Source: Neoechinorhynchus agilis
Taxonomy: Eukaryota; Animalia; Acanthocephala
Assembly (NCBI GenBank): GCA_051530055.1
Contig: CM121341.1
Span: 6,364,784-6,428,783, forward strand
Direction of reading: 5' to 3'
Length of the DNA: 64,000 nt
The position numbers and the translations under genes are program-made. The notes beneath the pieces were generated by a model that saw only the letters and a list, made by a program, of their open reading frames with translations, ran no database searches and was not told the DNA's origin. Below are positions 50,304-62,771 of this stretch, in pieces. Each line of letters begins with the position of its first letter. Positions within the stretch are counted from its first letter, which is position 1.

Positions 50304-51019
50304 TCAAAATTCATCATCCATGGAAAAGTTAAAATCTCCATATCCACTTAGAGATGGCGGTAGATTGTTTGTTGAGCAGCTACCGAATCCGGACGACTGA
50401 ATTATATTTGAAGATTGATACATAGTGCGATAAATCCCTCCGTTAAAAATGTACTGATGTCCAAATTCGCCTAATCTGTTGTTTAATCTTTGATGAATTG
50501 ATTCCATGTTCCCTGATTGAACTGGTGAAGAAGCGCGTCTACCGAAAACGAAATTTTCCGCCAGTTTGTAGCCTTCGGATCGAAGAATAGGTCCGTACAT
50601 GACAAAAAGGAAGGCTAATATACACAGGATGCTCATAATAGATATGAACAAAATGTTATTGAATTTACTGAATGCTCGTATGCTGTACAGGAGTTCTAGA
50701 TTGCCTTCCTGAAATGATAACAAAGGTCACCTTTTTTGTGTGTAACCAATAAAAGGAGTCCATTGTTTTACGAACTAACGATATTATTTGTGTCGTTGAA
50801 AGACGTTGAGAGATGAGCAGCGGTTGTTGGTTCATTGTCCACGATTAAAACCTTCCTATGAAGTGTTTTTGATAGAAACATCACTGGACACTGCAAACCG
50901 AAAATTAGTCGTTGTTTCATCGTGGTACTAAGATTGTCAGAGTTTTTTGTCTGCACCATGAACGGAGAGGTAATCTGTAGAGAAAATCGGGAGAGAGAGG
51001 AATTCATTATCACCGCCAT
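50304..51019 (-). CDS. Two-exon hypothetical single-pass membrane protein
   Basis: Donor atc|gttagt and acceptor atttcag|gaa join in frame. TM segment ILFISIMSILCILAFLFVMYG. Confidence 0.45.
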
Positions 51020-52063
51020 AGTCTTGCTATCTCACAACTACCTGTCGCTAAGGACTTTAGGTCTGCGGAAAAGAACGTTATTGTCACAATCGTTTTAATT
51101 GTGGAGAAAAGAAGCTGGGATAAGGCGATCTAGGAAATCAGTTTTATTGGACGTTTTCAGCTGCAAGATATGTTCTTGATCTAGGCGAATTAGAGTAGTG
51201 TGTGCATTTCTTCGACAAGAATGAGACTCGACTAATATCCAGTATCATTAACACCCAAATCATGCGGAAACCCTGGGTATACGATTTTAAAACACTCCGA
51301 TAACTCCATTGTTATTATTGCGGGAGTGTGCGAGGCCGACTAATATTAGTCGTTAGAAGCTAGGATCGAAAATTTTTTAGTTCCTGGTGAATGCATATGC
51401 ACGAGTTCTTCAATGGTAAAAACAATACTACAAGAACTCGTTAGAAGCTCATCGAGTTCGCCAAATGATCACAATAATATTTTTCTATAATCAAACGTAT
51501 CTTCAACAATCATTGCTTGATATCAAATAAGATTATCATTAAACCTGCAATTCGATATGGACAAAACACACACACATTTTCTTATAGAGGATTTGTCGAC
51601 GTTCATTCTCAAGTCGCATACTCGACATCAATTTACTCTGAGCAAAAACCTTGTCGTTTTCGCTTTTAAAGTTGAGAAAGTACAAACGAGTGAAATCGAG
51701 CGATATTATACGTCGCCGATTCTGCTATTGCTTTAAAGGTACACAATTTCAAGTTACGCTACAAATAGGCGAGGGACATCTTAAAACTGACGAGACCGGA
51801 TAATTTAATCTTTAGAGTAGCGTCGGTTGTCAGAAGATAAAAATTGACGGTTATGAGATCCATGGGAACGTGTCAGGTTGATGAAAAAGAGTAAAGAACG
51901 TAGCTAACGAAGAATTGCAAATACAATTTTCTCACATAGATTTCGTTCTAATGAGACAATTTTAAACTTCATTTAAACAGTTCATCATTTTCTTAAGTTA
52001 TTGAGGGAATAAAACGCACACGAGAGTAATGGAGCATTTGGCATTGTTCGAATTTTTAAAATA

Positions 52064-52147
52064 TTTTCTAAGCTTTTTTGCTTACCTCTTCAGTTATATC
52101 TACAAATTAAGCTAAAGTCAGAAGAGGTAAGCAAAAAGCTTAGAAAA
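52064..52147. repeat. Short hairpin with ~27-bp arms
   Basis: ttttctaagcttttttgcttacctcttc / gaagaggtaagcaaaaagcttagaaaa. Confidence 0.75.
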
Positions 52148-53154
52148 CAATCCGGCGGGGGGGGGACGAATAAAATTCACCCATGCTCAGAGTCCAAATG
52201 GAAAAAGGCAGCGTATCGTTGTCTGCGATCTGACAGCACTTCTCTCAAAAAGTACATTAATAATCTGTTACCTAAAAGCCTTTCCATCCGGTGGTTGCTG
52301 AACACTGTCATATAAATCATATTGTGATTATTAACATCTGCAAGACGTTGTTATAGTTACGGGAGATACGGTTTATGGTCTTCCATTGAAGCGATCTGGG
52401 AAACTAATGTGGCCAAGGTCATCATCATCATTGATGTTCATTTATTTATTTGATAAAATGATTAACGCTGCTGCACTGAACAGAAGTGATGTAACTGCAA
52501 GGAGAATCAGTGACTCCAGCATTGCGTCCGAAGGTAATCTTTTTTTTCTCACATAGAATTAATCTTTTTCCTATACATTTAGTCTGTACTAAGGTAAATA
52601 ATACATTGACCGAAAATTTCCCCCCCCCACAGAAACTCATGTCTTAACCATTTTTTACGGATTTCGTTCTCGGCAATCGGCTAAAATTCATTTGTTGACG
52701 ATCTCACATATAGATACAGTGGATAGTCATTTGAAAGAAATCGATTAACCATAGACTCGTCAAAGCTGCTTCTGTGACACGCAAAGTGCTATTATCTCGT
52801 AAATACTCACATTTTAGAGCGATTAATGATTAGCCATTTGCAGAAATGTGGTCCATCTCTTCCACACACAAACCCCATTTCCAATCATTGATGAATAACC
52901 ACGAAAACAAGGGAGAAACCAATGTCTTTAACGTTACAGCTCGTTTCATCAGCTGTCATCAAAAGTTGACACCCCCACTTATTTAACGCTTCATCCATAA
53001 TTGTGGGATTTTATAGAGTTCTCAGATTGCTACTTTCAGATAAACGCTTTAAGTCGCCCTCCCACGTTCTCAAAAACCAAACTTAGTAATATTTGATCCA
53101 TTTATCGCAAATTGCATCAATACCCATTGATCCCAAACATAGACAGATACTGAT

Positions 53155-54635
53155 TTGTACTTTAAATGGTTCACCTCGGCACTGTCTGTCCGAATACAAA
53201 CGAGTGAAGCTCACGCGACTGTTCTATCCTGGCTTCATTTGACGGCTCTATTGGACGAGAGCTCGAACTCTATGTTGCTTTTGGACCGTATAAGTCGTTT
53301 GGTAGGTGAGTTTAAGTTCGGACAACATCATCCTTCGTACATCTCTGAGACTGGATATAAATTGAACACTTTGATGGTCGATTCGTCTGCTAATCGTCTC
53401 CTACTGTACAGCATTGTGAGAGAATGAATGCTCTCTCTCGTTTTTGATTCTCTTCTCTTAGAGCTTTCATCTTAAGAATCAGGATCCAGTAATCCAAAGT
53501 CGTTCGAGACCAAATTTGTGAAACACATTGATTTGGTTGGACTTGACGCTTCAGTGTGCGCCAAGGCAGTTTTTGTCACTCAAGAAGAGCAAGTAATCTT
53601 GGCCACGAATTCGTCAGGAAAGCTTTATCTGGTTGACATGGATAATGGTGCCGCCAATACTGCAGGTCTCGAAGTTCTAACTGATATGCCTCAAGCTGGA
53701 GTGTACGTAGGCATTGGAGTGGATAAATTTGAATATAATTTCCGACGGGGAGCGACTGTAATGTACGCTTATGAAGGTCCTCAGACGTCGCAATGGAACT
53801 TTGGTTTGGTACATTTAACAAACAACAAAACTATCACTTGGTTGACCACGATTGATGCGAGCATTGTGAACTTTGAATCGAACAAAAATAACATCTATTT
53901 CGAAGTCACTCATGCCTATATGCTGTGGGTATTTGATGCGAAACGAAACGTTGTTTTGTCCAGCAAGCGACAGGTCTTTGGAGAACCAACGCCTTCTCAG
54001 CTCAAAAGAGGTTTCGTGAGGTTCTTTTTTTTGTGTATCCCTGAAACCATTTGAGAAATCCATTATACACCATAAATGCCCAGGGAAACTATTCTCAAAA
54101 ATTTAAGCTCGAATTCCTGGCAGCCATAAAAAAATTAGTCTCAATGCGTGTAAAATTTAGGTACGCCATTAATGACCAGGGAAACTATTCTCAAAAATTT
54201 AAGCTCGAATTCCTGGCAGCCATAAAAAAATTAGTCTCAATGCGTGTAAAATTTAGGTACGCCATTAATGCCCAGGGAAACTATTCTCAAAAATTTAAGC
54301 TCGAATTCCTGGCAGCCATAAAAAAATTAGTCTCAATGCGTGTAAAATTTAGGTAGTAGAACTTGTAGAAATTAATTGGTGCGAAATAGAAGATCTTAAA
54401 GTCTCACGATATTCTCTGTTAAGGAACGTAAACATCTCACTAAATCAGACTTCCATGAACATCCAATAGTGGGAGTTAGCAAGAGTGAGAATCTCAATTA
54501 TATGTACATTGATCAATCAGGAAAAATGTACCTTTCCGGTACATCAAAGTTCCACACTTTTGTTAGTTTGTATTGTGTTATGGAGGCCAATGGGAACGTA
54601 AGACGTCTAAAAGAAGTCAATTTAGCTGTCCAATG
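53155..54635 (+). CDS. Multi-exon hypothetical protein, beta-rich; exon structure uncertain
   Basis: ORFs 53155-53427 and 53518-54054 (donor ttc|gtgagg) plus a downstream open segment ending VNLAVQ*. Confidence 0.4.
54068..54355. repeat. Tandem repeat, 96-bp unit x3
   Basis: cagggaaactattc at 54081, 54177 and 54273. Confidence 0.95.
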
Positions 54636-55198
54636 ACCTGAAGTTTCTTATTATGCGCGATTAAAACGATTATTCCAAGTTTGGGGGGGGCATTTTCACA
54701 TTTGTTGTCCTTTTCGATAAAGACATCCATTGATCAAAATTCTTCGTCTTTAAAATTCATAGTGTTCTTTTGCCTTCGTTTAACAATCACCTAAAAGTAG
54801 TGGGGTTTCTTCGAAACATGTCTCCCAAATTATTCAAATTCCTGAACAGCGCTTTAAAAGAATCATCGATTTTTCTTGCCAATGTTCAATGTAAAAAGTT
54901 AGAATTGTAGTGTCATTGCTCGTAAAAAATAATTTACAAACAATGACCAAATGTGTTTGACCACAATTCTAGTTAAAGATAAAATCCATGAGTATGTGGA
55001 AGTGGGGAAAAATTATATATCAAAGACTGACTTTAATTGAAATATTCCGTCCTATTTTTTTTGAAGGTTATTGCAACGTAAGTTTCATCAGAGACGAAAA
55101 GTGATTCTTGGATATTCTTTTTCCTCACTTCCACATACAACAATTCTAGTTTGAATATTTCCGAGGATTTTGTCATCCGAACGCAGAGAATATAAATT

Positions 55199-55280
55199 AT
55201 TTGTCGATAGGAGAAAATGAAATTAAGATTTGGATATTTCGATCCACTATCTCGGATCTTCTTCTCTCCTATCGACAAAT
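55199..55280. mobile_element. Short internally deleted copy of the 11.5-kb MITE-like element
   Basis: atttgtcgataggaga...tctcctatcgacaaat; shares the internal ggatatttcgatcca with the 11464 copy. Confidence 0.6.
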
Positions 55281-55526
55281 AAAAATGAATTGTTTTTTTG
55301 AACAATAAAAATTATGGAGATATTTCTAAACACAAAAACTTCATCAGTCATTCCACAATAAGACAAATTATTGGGATTTGAAAAAAAATATAAAAGTGTT
55401 AATTAAAACAATTAATTTGGTTCCGCTTGTTTTCGGCGAGAGATCGTATCAACGCGATTGTGCCTTACCAAACGAAAAACGATAATCGGAATCAATAAAT
55501 TCTTTTAATCACAAACGCCGACGAAT

Positions 55527-55826
55527 CTATTTCTTTTTATGTCGAAACGATACTTCGATTTGATCTTTATTTTTCGATCTGCTCACATTTATATCGACCG
55601 GTTTACGAAGAAGCATAATCTTCTTTTTAATTTCCTCGGATTGTTCCTTTAGAGTACTAACGTCAAACGGTAATTCGAGTACGTAAGCGGGATCCGAATG
55701 CCGAATCGGAATTATAGAACCGTCCGGAAATACGAGTCGAACAATGTAGTTGCGAGCATAAACTGAGCGCTTTACTCGACCAATCGAAGCGGCGTACATC
55801 GAGGCGGAACGACGAAAAACAAACAT
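55527..55826 (-). CDS. MRPL55: Mitochondrial ribosomal protein L55 (bL31m)
   Basis: ASIGRVKRSVYARNYIVRLVFPDGSIIPIRHSDP...LPFDVSTL matches the [32 protein letters not shown] pattern. Confidence 0.85.
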   Translation of the reverse strand: MFVFRRSASMYAASIGRVKRSVYARNYIVRLVFPDGSIIPIRHSDPAYVLELPFDVSTLKEQSEEIKKKIMLLRKPVDINVSRSKNKDQIEVSFRHKKK

Positions 55827-56547
55827 TAACGAGAGATCTTAAAATTGTTCAAAATCCCTAATATTTCTCAGTAATGAAACCGGTTATTCAGAACAAAAAT
55901 CCATGAAACTTTCTGGATTCATTGATTTCTTAGTAAACAGTTACAATCGAAAAAATTCTTTCGATCGATTTACGCTGGGAAACATGGAGTTTATCGGCAT
56001 TTAAGACGGAAAACAATTTTCCACGCTCTCTTTACTCTGTTCCAAGTGCCAATCTTCGAAAACAAAACTTTTGAGATTTAAAAATCATTTGAAGATTGAC
56101 ACTGTTTATGTCCGATTCTGGCAGAAAAAATAAAGGAATCCATTTGGTTCCGATCGTTTTCGAAGCCACCTCCAAAAGATTGGAATGATTATGGTTAGCA
56201 GTCTTCACACCCGCCGAAAACGATTAATTCGTATAAAAAGACGTCCTGCGAACCTCGTCAGTGGGCGAATAAAACACTTAAACATCCAAAAAGTTTCCTA
56301 ATAAAAAAATTGATAAAAAACGACTGTTCTTCCGTGCAGCAGTGACGCCGAGTATGCTTACGTCATAAAGAGTGAAAAACTTCAACTTTGATGATCGCTT
56401 ACAACTTAGTGCGCCTTGACGAAAACAATCGAATTTAATAATTTCAATTATTCCGACAGAATCTAGTCATTTGCCGCGGGTGTAGACTTCTAAACAATAT
56501 TTCTTCTAATCATTAAGAGAAAATTCTTCGTAAGATTTGAATTTGCT

Positions 56548-57600
56548 TTTATCATAATCCTCACCAAGGGCTAAAAACCCAATTTGTTGAGATGCTTCCA
56601 CAAAAAGAAGAGGATTTTAGACAAAAAGAAGAAAGGAATGAAAAAGGTTATTCGAAAAGGCTTTTTCTCTTTCGAAACATTTCAATTTCCTAACCCGACG
56701 AATCTCCAACTGTTCCGATCGATTTTCTATCGGTGATTTGGTTTCATCTCAAAGATGCAATGATCATAATCCTCACAGAGGGGCATTTTGTTGAGATATT
56801 CTCCCAAAAAGAAAAGTTTCTAGACAAAAAGAAGAAAGGAATGAAAAAGGCTTTCCGAAAAGGCTCTTTCCTCTTTCGAAACATTTCAATTTTCTAACCC
56901 GACGAATCTCCAACTGTTCCGATCGATTTTCTATCGGTGATTTGGTTTTATCTCAAAGATGCAATGATCATAATCCTCACAGAGGGGCATTTTGTTGAGA
57001 TATTTCCCCAAAAAGAAAAGTTTCTAGACAAAAAGAAGAAAGGAATGAAAAAGGTTTTCCGAAAAGGCTTCTTTCGAAACATCTCAATTTCTTAACCCGA
57101 CGAATCTCCAATTGTTCCGATCGATTTTCTATCGGTGATTTGGTTTATCTCAAAGATGCAATGATCATAATCCTCGCCGAGGGCGAAAAAACCCCATTTT
57201 GTTGAGATGTTTCCAAAAAGAAGGGGATTTTAGAACAAAAAAAGGAAGAAAGGAATGAAAAAGGTTTTCCGAAAAGGCTTTTTCCTCTTTCGAAACATTT
57301 CAATTTCTTAACCCGACGAATCTCCAATTGTTCCGATCGATTTTCTAACGGTGATTTGGTTTTATCTCAAAGATGCAATGATCATAATCCTCGCCGAGGG
57401 CTAAAAAACCCATTTTGTTGAGATGTTTCCCCAAAAAGAAGAGGATTTTAGACAAAAAAAGAAGAAAGGAATGAAAAAGGCTTTCCGAAAAGGCTCTTTC
57501 CTCTTTCGAAACATCTCAATTTCTTAACTCGACGAATCTCCAATTGTTCCGATCGATTTTCTATCGATTGTTGAGATGTTTCCACAAAAAGAAGAAAAGA
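56548..57600. repeat. Degenerate tandem repeat, ~196-219-bp unit, ~5 copies
   Basis: atcataatcctc recurs at ~56551, 56762, 56966, 57162 and 57381. Confidence 0.93.
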
Positions 57601-57718
57601 ATGAAACCGTTTTTAACCCTGCAATGTCATTTTGATTCCATTTTCGTGTATCGGAATCGTTCATAAATAACGATCCGCATTCTCTGTTTGTCTATACAAA
57701 AGAGTTTTTCACTTTTAG

Positions 57719-58027
57719 ATGCCACTAATTTGCGGTCCAAAGATGTCAATTGGATGTAGTCTGATTAGTTTCTGGGGCACGATCCAAATGATGATTATGG
57801 CTCTTTGCTTTCGAGCCAAATCGGCAAATTTACTTCATCAAACCGTTATTGCCCGAGATAATCTTTTAACCGAAGAGGATTACGCAAAGGCACTGGATGA
57901 CGCATTTAATATCCGATCCTCAGCTTGTTGGTTCAGTTGTGCCATGTTTGCGGCAACATTTGCTCTTTCGTTCTTAATGGTGGCTGTGAACTTCAAGTTG
58001 TTCCGTAAACGCACTCATCTGATTTAA
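57719..58027 (+). CDS. RNASEK: RNase kappa / V-ATPase subunit f
   Basis: MPLICGPKMSIGCSLISFWGTIQM resembles CCGPKLAACGIVLSAWG; two TM helices, 102 aa. Confidence 0.85.
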   Translation: MPLICGPKMSIGCSLISFWGTIQMMIMALCFRAKSANLLHQTVIARDNLLTEEDYAKALDDAFNIRSSACWFSCAMFAATFALSFLMVAVNFKLFRKRTHLI

Positions 58028-58557
58028 GGTTCCTGACATAGTTGAGCGCAAGTTCATTGGGTTGAATAAATTTAAAGTTATATTCGACCAGAAACTGATT
58101 TCGATTCTCTTATAGGCCATAAATAACCAATAAATTCGACCTTAGATGTTTTTGTGTCCTGAGACCAACAACTAAGAACCCCAGAGCGGAATGCTGTATT
58201 TTTGAGACAATGGAGAATAAAGACGTTTCGTCGTTCTTATTGGAACCTTTATAAAAATTTAGGATCATTTGTACAAGATGCTTTGGAAGCTTTAAATGAA
58301 GCCTTGTCCATAAAACAAGCGGATTATTCCCTATTGTTAAAGAAAGATGTTTTCATCGTAGCACGTCGATTTTTATTGTTAGTTCTTTGATTTCAACTGT
58401 TCGGTGTTTTTGACAAACAATAGTTAGTTGAATGTGTGGATGCTTAGTAGCTTCAACAACATTGAATGAATCGTTTTGGTAGAGTCAACTCACGTCGTTC
58501 TAGAAACACGAACGATTTGAGTTCTTAATAAACGTATCGACAAAGACGCGATACATC

Positions 58558-60121
58558 TTGGTTGTATTGAACGTTTGCTCCGACCACTACGTTTTAGACT
58601 TTACAATGGGGAGTTTCTCGGACGCAATTGCTGCTTATGGAAACACTTTTTTGTACTCGGATATGGTTAAAAATTTCGGTAATGCTCCTCTTGCAGTTGC
58701 TTCTGTTGAAACACAGACTCCTGGACAAAGATTAAGACGATCCGCCGATTGGAACAGCAAATCCAAACGAGTTGCAGACTTTTTTAAATTTATAACTAAA
58801 ATCCTGAACGGTTTTGATGAAGGAAATCCAAGGTTGAAAAGAAACTACGAAGTCCTTTCGTTACAAGACCAGCACGTACATCTTTACCAAAAACGGGATT
58901 GGTTTCAGCTCGGTGGCCGTGCAGGAACTTTCGTGGAAGGCCGTAATCCAGGTTGGATAATGAAGCTTCGCGACGACAATGAGTTTGCTCAATATAAGAC
59001 CATTCGAACATTATCCCTGGCGAAATTTACGCCTCGATACGTTGGAGTATGTGTAATGGCATCAGGAGCCGGTCAGGTTGTGGGAAGGAAAGGTAGATTA
59101 GATAGCAATTTAAATAAACAATGTAAGTACGGAGTCGTTATGACTTAAGCTCAAAATGGACTTATTTAAAGCTTATATTGAAATGGAGGATTTACTCGCT
59201 CACTTTACTATGCCTAATGTGATGGATGTGAAAATGGGTGTTAGATCGTACCGCGAGGATGAAATCAATAAATTCCAACTACCAAATAACCCTGAAGATT
59301 GGTTTCAAGAAATAAGATCAGAAGATGAGTCAGCACTTACAGACAAGGAAAAAGAAACTCAGACCGTTTCAAAGGAAAAGTATCTCAAATGGCGAGATAA
59401 TGTCAGTTCAACATCCACTCTTGGATTCCGAATTCAAGCCATTAGAGTAAGAAAATGTATTTTAATCAGCATTCGTCCTTTTTCGATCTCTTCATAAACA
59501 TAGAAATGGTATGAAGATACAAAAGATCAATATCAAAAGTTGAAAAACAGAGAGGACATCAAAAATGAAATCGAATATTTCGTTGGTTCATCAACTAAAG
59601 TGGCGGTTTGTTGTTTTTAACCATATTAAATACTCATAAAATTGCGTTCTATTAAAAAAAACAGGCTAAATTTGTTAAGCGACTCAGAAGTCTCAAGTGT
59701 ACTTTATTATTGTCACGTTACTTTAGACGCCACGAGGTATCTTTATTGATTTTTATGGACTCTCAAACCGCAAAAAACGTAGTTCATTCAATCATCGCTT
59801 CTTTTTGTGTTCGATGACGACGGAAATCTGGGTGTTTGGATGATTGATTTCGCGAATACATTTCTTCTCAAAAAAAGATTTCGACTCTTAAGTCATAATA
59901 AGGAATGGAAAATGGGCAATCAAGAAGACGGCTACCTTATTGGCTTAAACAATCTTATCTCAATATTCACGGAGTTGGCCTCAAGCAATCATCCTGGGAA
60001 AAGACGTAGAAGTTCCATAGGTTCAATAAAAATGGGAAGATCTCAATCTACACAGGTAGTTGGGGAGCCTAAACCTGCTATGGATTCGGACAGTGTTAGT
60101 GGAGCAGGGAATAAGCAATAA
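58558..60121 (+). CDS. Inositol-trisphosphate 3-kinase-like (IPK family), 5 exons; start codon uncertain
   Basis: WFQLGGRAG, YIEMEDLL, PNVMDVKMG, STLGFRIQAI, QSSLLFV, MIDFANT and EDGYLIGLNNL. Introns 59123-59171 and 59447-59503 plus two more of ~47-59 nt. Confidence 0.92.
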
Positions 60122-62771
60122 ATGAACGAGTTCAATATGGTAATGGCTAAAATATTTTTTCATAATGATTACAAAATAAGCATTCTGAAGGTGGCTGAAA
60201 ATGGAACATGCCGCTATATTTCCCAAATTTGTAGAATTCCTCACATCGTTAAGAAATAATGTCGGCGCAGTTTACTATCGAAGCGACAATACTCGATTTG
60301 TAGTTCGAGTGGGAAATTCATAGTCGAAATCAAAGAAAACATCTTCACTTGCTCTATAAGTTTTAAAGTGAAGATCGTCTAAGCTAAACTCATAAAAGCA
60401 TTTCACTAACGATAATTAGGCGTATAAAATGGGGAAAAAGTTGAAAAAAGCTCTATCACATGTCCTTCGCCTCTCCTTATCGCTCATTCCTGACAATGTC
60501 TGAGATATTCTGTTTTACCTCGTCGAGGATAATGGGTTTACCAGCCGATAGTTTTGCTTTTAAAATCAGTGGAGTTTTATAGAATATTTGGCTGTATTAC
60601 TCAAGCCTCAATGTTGAAAGTCCAAAAGATTTTTTCAAAACAAAGGAAATGCTGAACTTGTTATTTTATAATCAGCTTTTTTTTATTCGAAGTGATTATT
60701 TGTTTTAGCATTTGTGTACGGTGCAGATTTTGTTAATGTTTAAATGTTGCATTTTAGAATCGTGTAGAAACGAATGTTGGTCTCTTGACCCCCGCTTCTT
60801 ATTTTATAACCAAGTTTCTCTATAAAGACGACGTGTAAATCTTTGAGCTTATTCGCCTTTACGTTCTGTTGTCGTCTGGGGATTAAAAGACGCCATATCT
60901 GCGTTTCCTTGCGGGATTTCGCAAAAAGTAGCCAAATTCTGGCTTCCGTATGAATGTAGATGTAACGAGACACACATTATGAGTTGCATGTCTCTCCCAG
61001 TTCTCATAGAATCTCATGCTACTATTTCCTTTCCGGCGGATACTGAGTGGTCGCGTCCTTTTCTGCAATAACGTCCTCGAAATGAATTCCATTTACGTGT
61101 AATCGTACAATGCGGCATTCCTCTAAAATGGAATTGAGAAATGATAGGTATGTGAAAGATTCATTCGAAAAAAGATATTGTAATAAAGTCATGTCACCAG
61201 GAGGCCCGAGGCTAAAATGTTGTTTCAAAACAACAACAACAACAACAACATTTACAGCGTAACACAATGCGAGTGTCTAGACTTTTCAAACAAAAAACGC
61301 TGGCTAATGCAGTTTTTTATCAATTAAAGACACACTCAAGCTTTTGTGTTTGAGAAACAATTTTTAGGCGTGAACTGCTGGAGATCCCTTACGAATGCGT
61401 CTATATACTTTACACGGAAATTTTAGCTTAACACTTTCCTGCTCTCCTTTTTTTGTGTGCCTACTTTTTTGCTTGATTGAATGCGCATTGCGCTGGATGC
61501 GGTACTGTCATAACAGCGGTCCACATATCTTCTTTTCTCTAACTTTCAGCCTTCCTGCAAGGATGCTAATTACCTCGTTCGCTTTAAAAACATTGTGTCA
61601 ACATTTCCTTCTTTTGCTCGATTAAAACATACAAAATTAGATCAGTATCGCCGTCCATTTCTTTTTGAAAGGCTTCAACTGACCTAATTTTAAATATTTG
61701 ATCACACAAGCATATTGTTAGTTTATGAGTTGTTTTCTTCAGATTGATTGGTCCGGCTAACACACATCGGAGGCGCTTAGCCGCACTCGGAGGGGCCGAT
61801 GGGCGATCTCAAACCTGATTTCTACCCTTCCAGTGTGAAAATGGACGATCAAATTGCCCGGAGAGAAACAGTTTTGGAACATGCAAATTAATCCATTTCC
61901 TCTTGTGGAGATTTAAATTTCGCGTAAACGAGGGTTCTTTTTTCCATATTTTTACATTTTCAGCCTTGTCGATTTTTCCTTCTTCCACTAACCATTCGTA
62001 GAACGAATCTTAGTCATTCTTGTACACGGCCAACAGAGATTCGTTTCTCACTAAAGGGATAAAAATCGTGGACGACATCGCAAAATGCTTTGCTTCCACA
62101 AATAATCATTAAGTCCTCCTACTTTTGGATGTTGTAGCTAAACTCCAAATCGGAAAATGGAGATCTTCTTCGATTTCGTGTGTACTTACAGTACGCAAAC
62201 GGTGTTTTTTGACCTGGATTTCACCTCTTGCACTCGTACACAAGCGTCTATGTGTTTTGGGTGTCCAAGACATCTCTCGAGATTTTGTCCGCCATTTCTG
62301 TATGCCTTCGGTCTTTGCGATCTTCGACGACAGGTGTAGCGTGAACGAGAAATATCGCACACGTACGGCTTCTCTCAAGTCTTTTATGTCTATGCCAAAG
62401 CCTTCCAACATTGCAGACAGAATTCTTGTGAGCAACAGGCAAAGACATAATGTTGCTCATCGATTTGATCGTACAGTGTGAGTTCCATTGGTCTGAGACA
62501 CTTGTAGATCTTTTGGTTTTAATCGATGGGGACGGAAGGTGAAATTCGCCACTCCAATCTTTATCAACATTTGGGACTTATCTACGTCGCAACATTCCTT
62601 TTGGTTTCGTTCCCTATATAACGCTCATTGAGCAATAAAAACCCAATTACGTTCTCAGAAAATTCCCAAACAAACGAACGTTTTCCAATCACCCCTTTTA
62701 ATGGAGCAAAAAATGGGCTAACGTCAAATCCCCCCTCCGCTATCACGACTACATTTCAGATTATTCTCTAA

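Noticed and set aside
2165-57600. Tandem arrays as CRISPR arrays
   Set aside because: There are no unique spacers or cas genes, and the context is eukaryotic.
62109-62481. Overlapping ORFs including an EKPYVCD C2H2-linker-like peptide
   Set aside because: No following Cys/His pattern, and no frame gave a recognisable protein.
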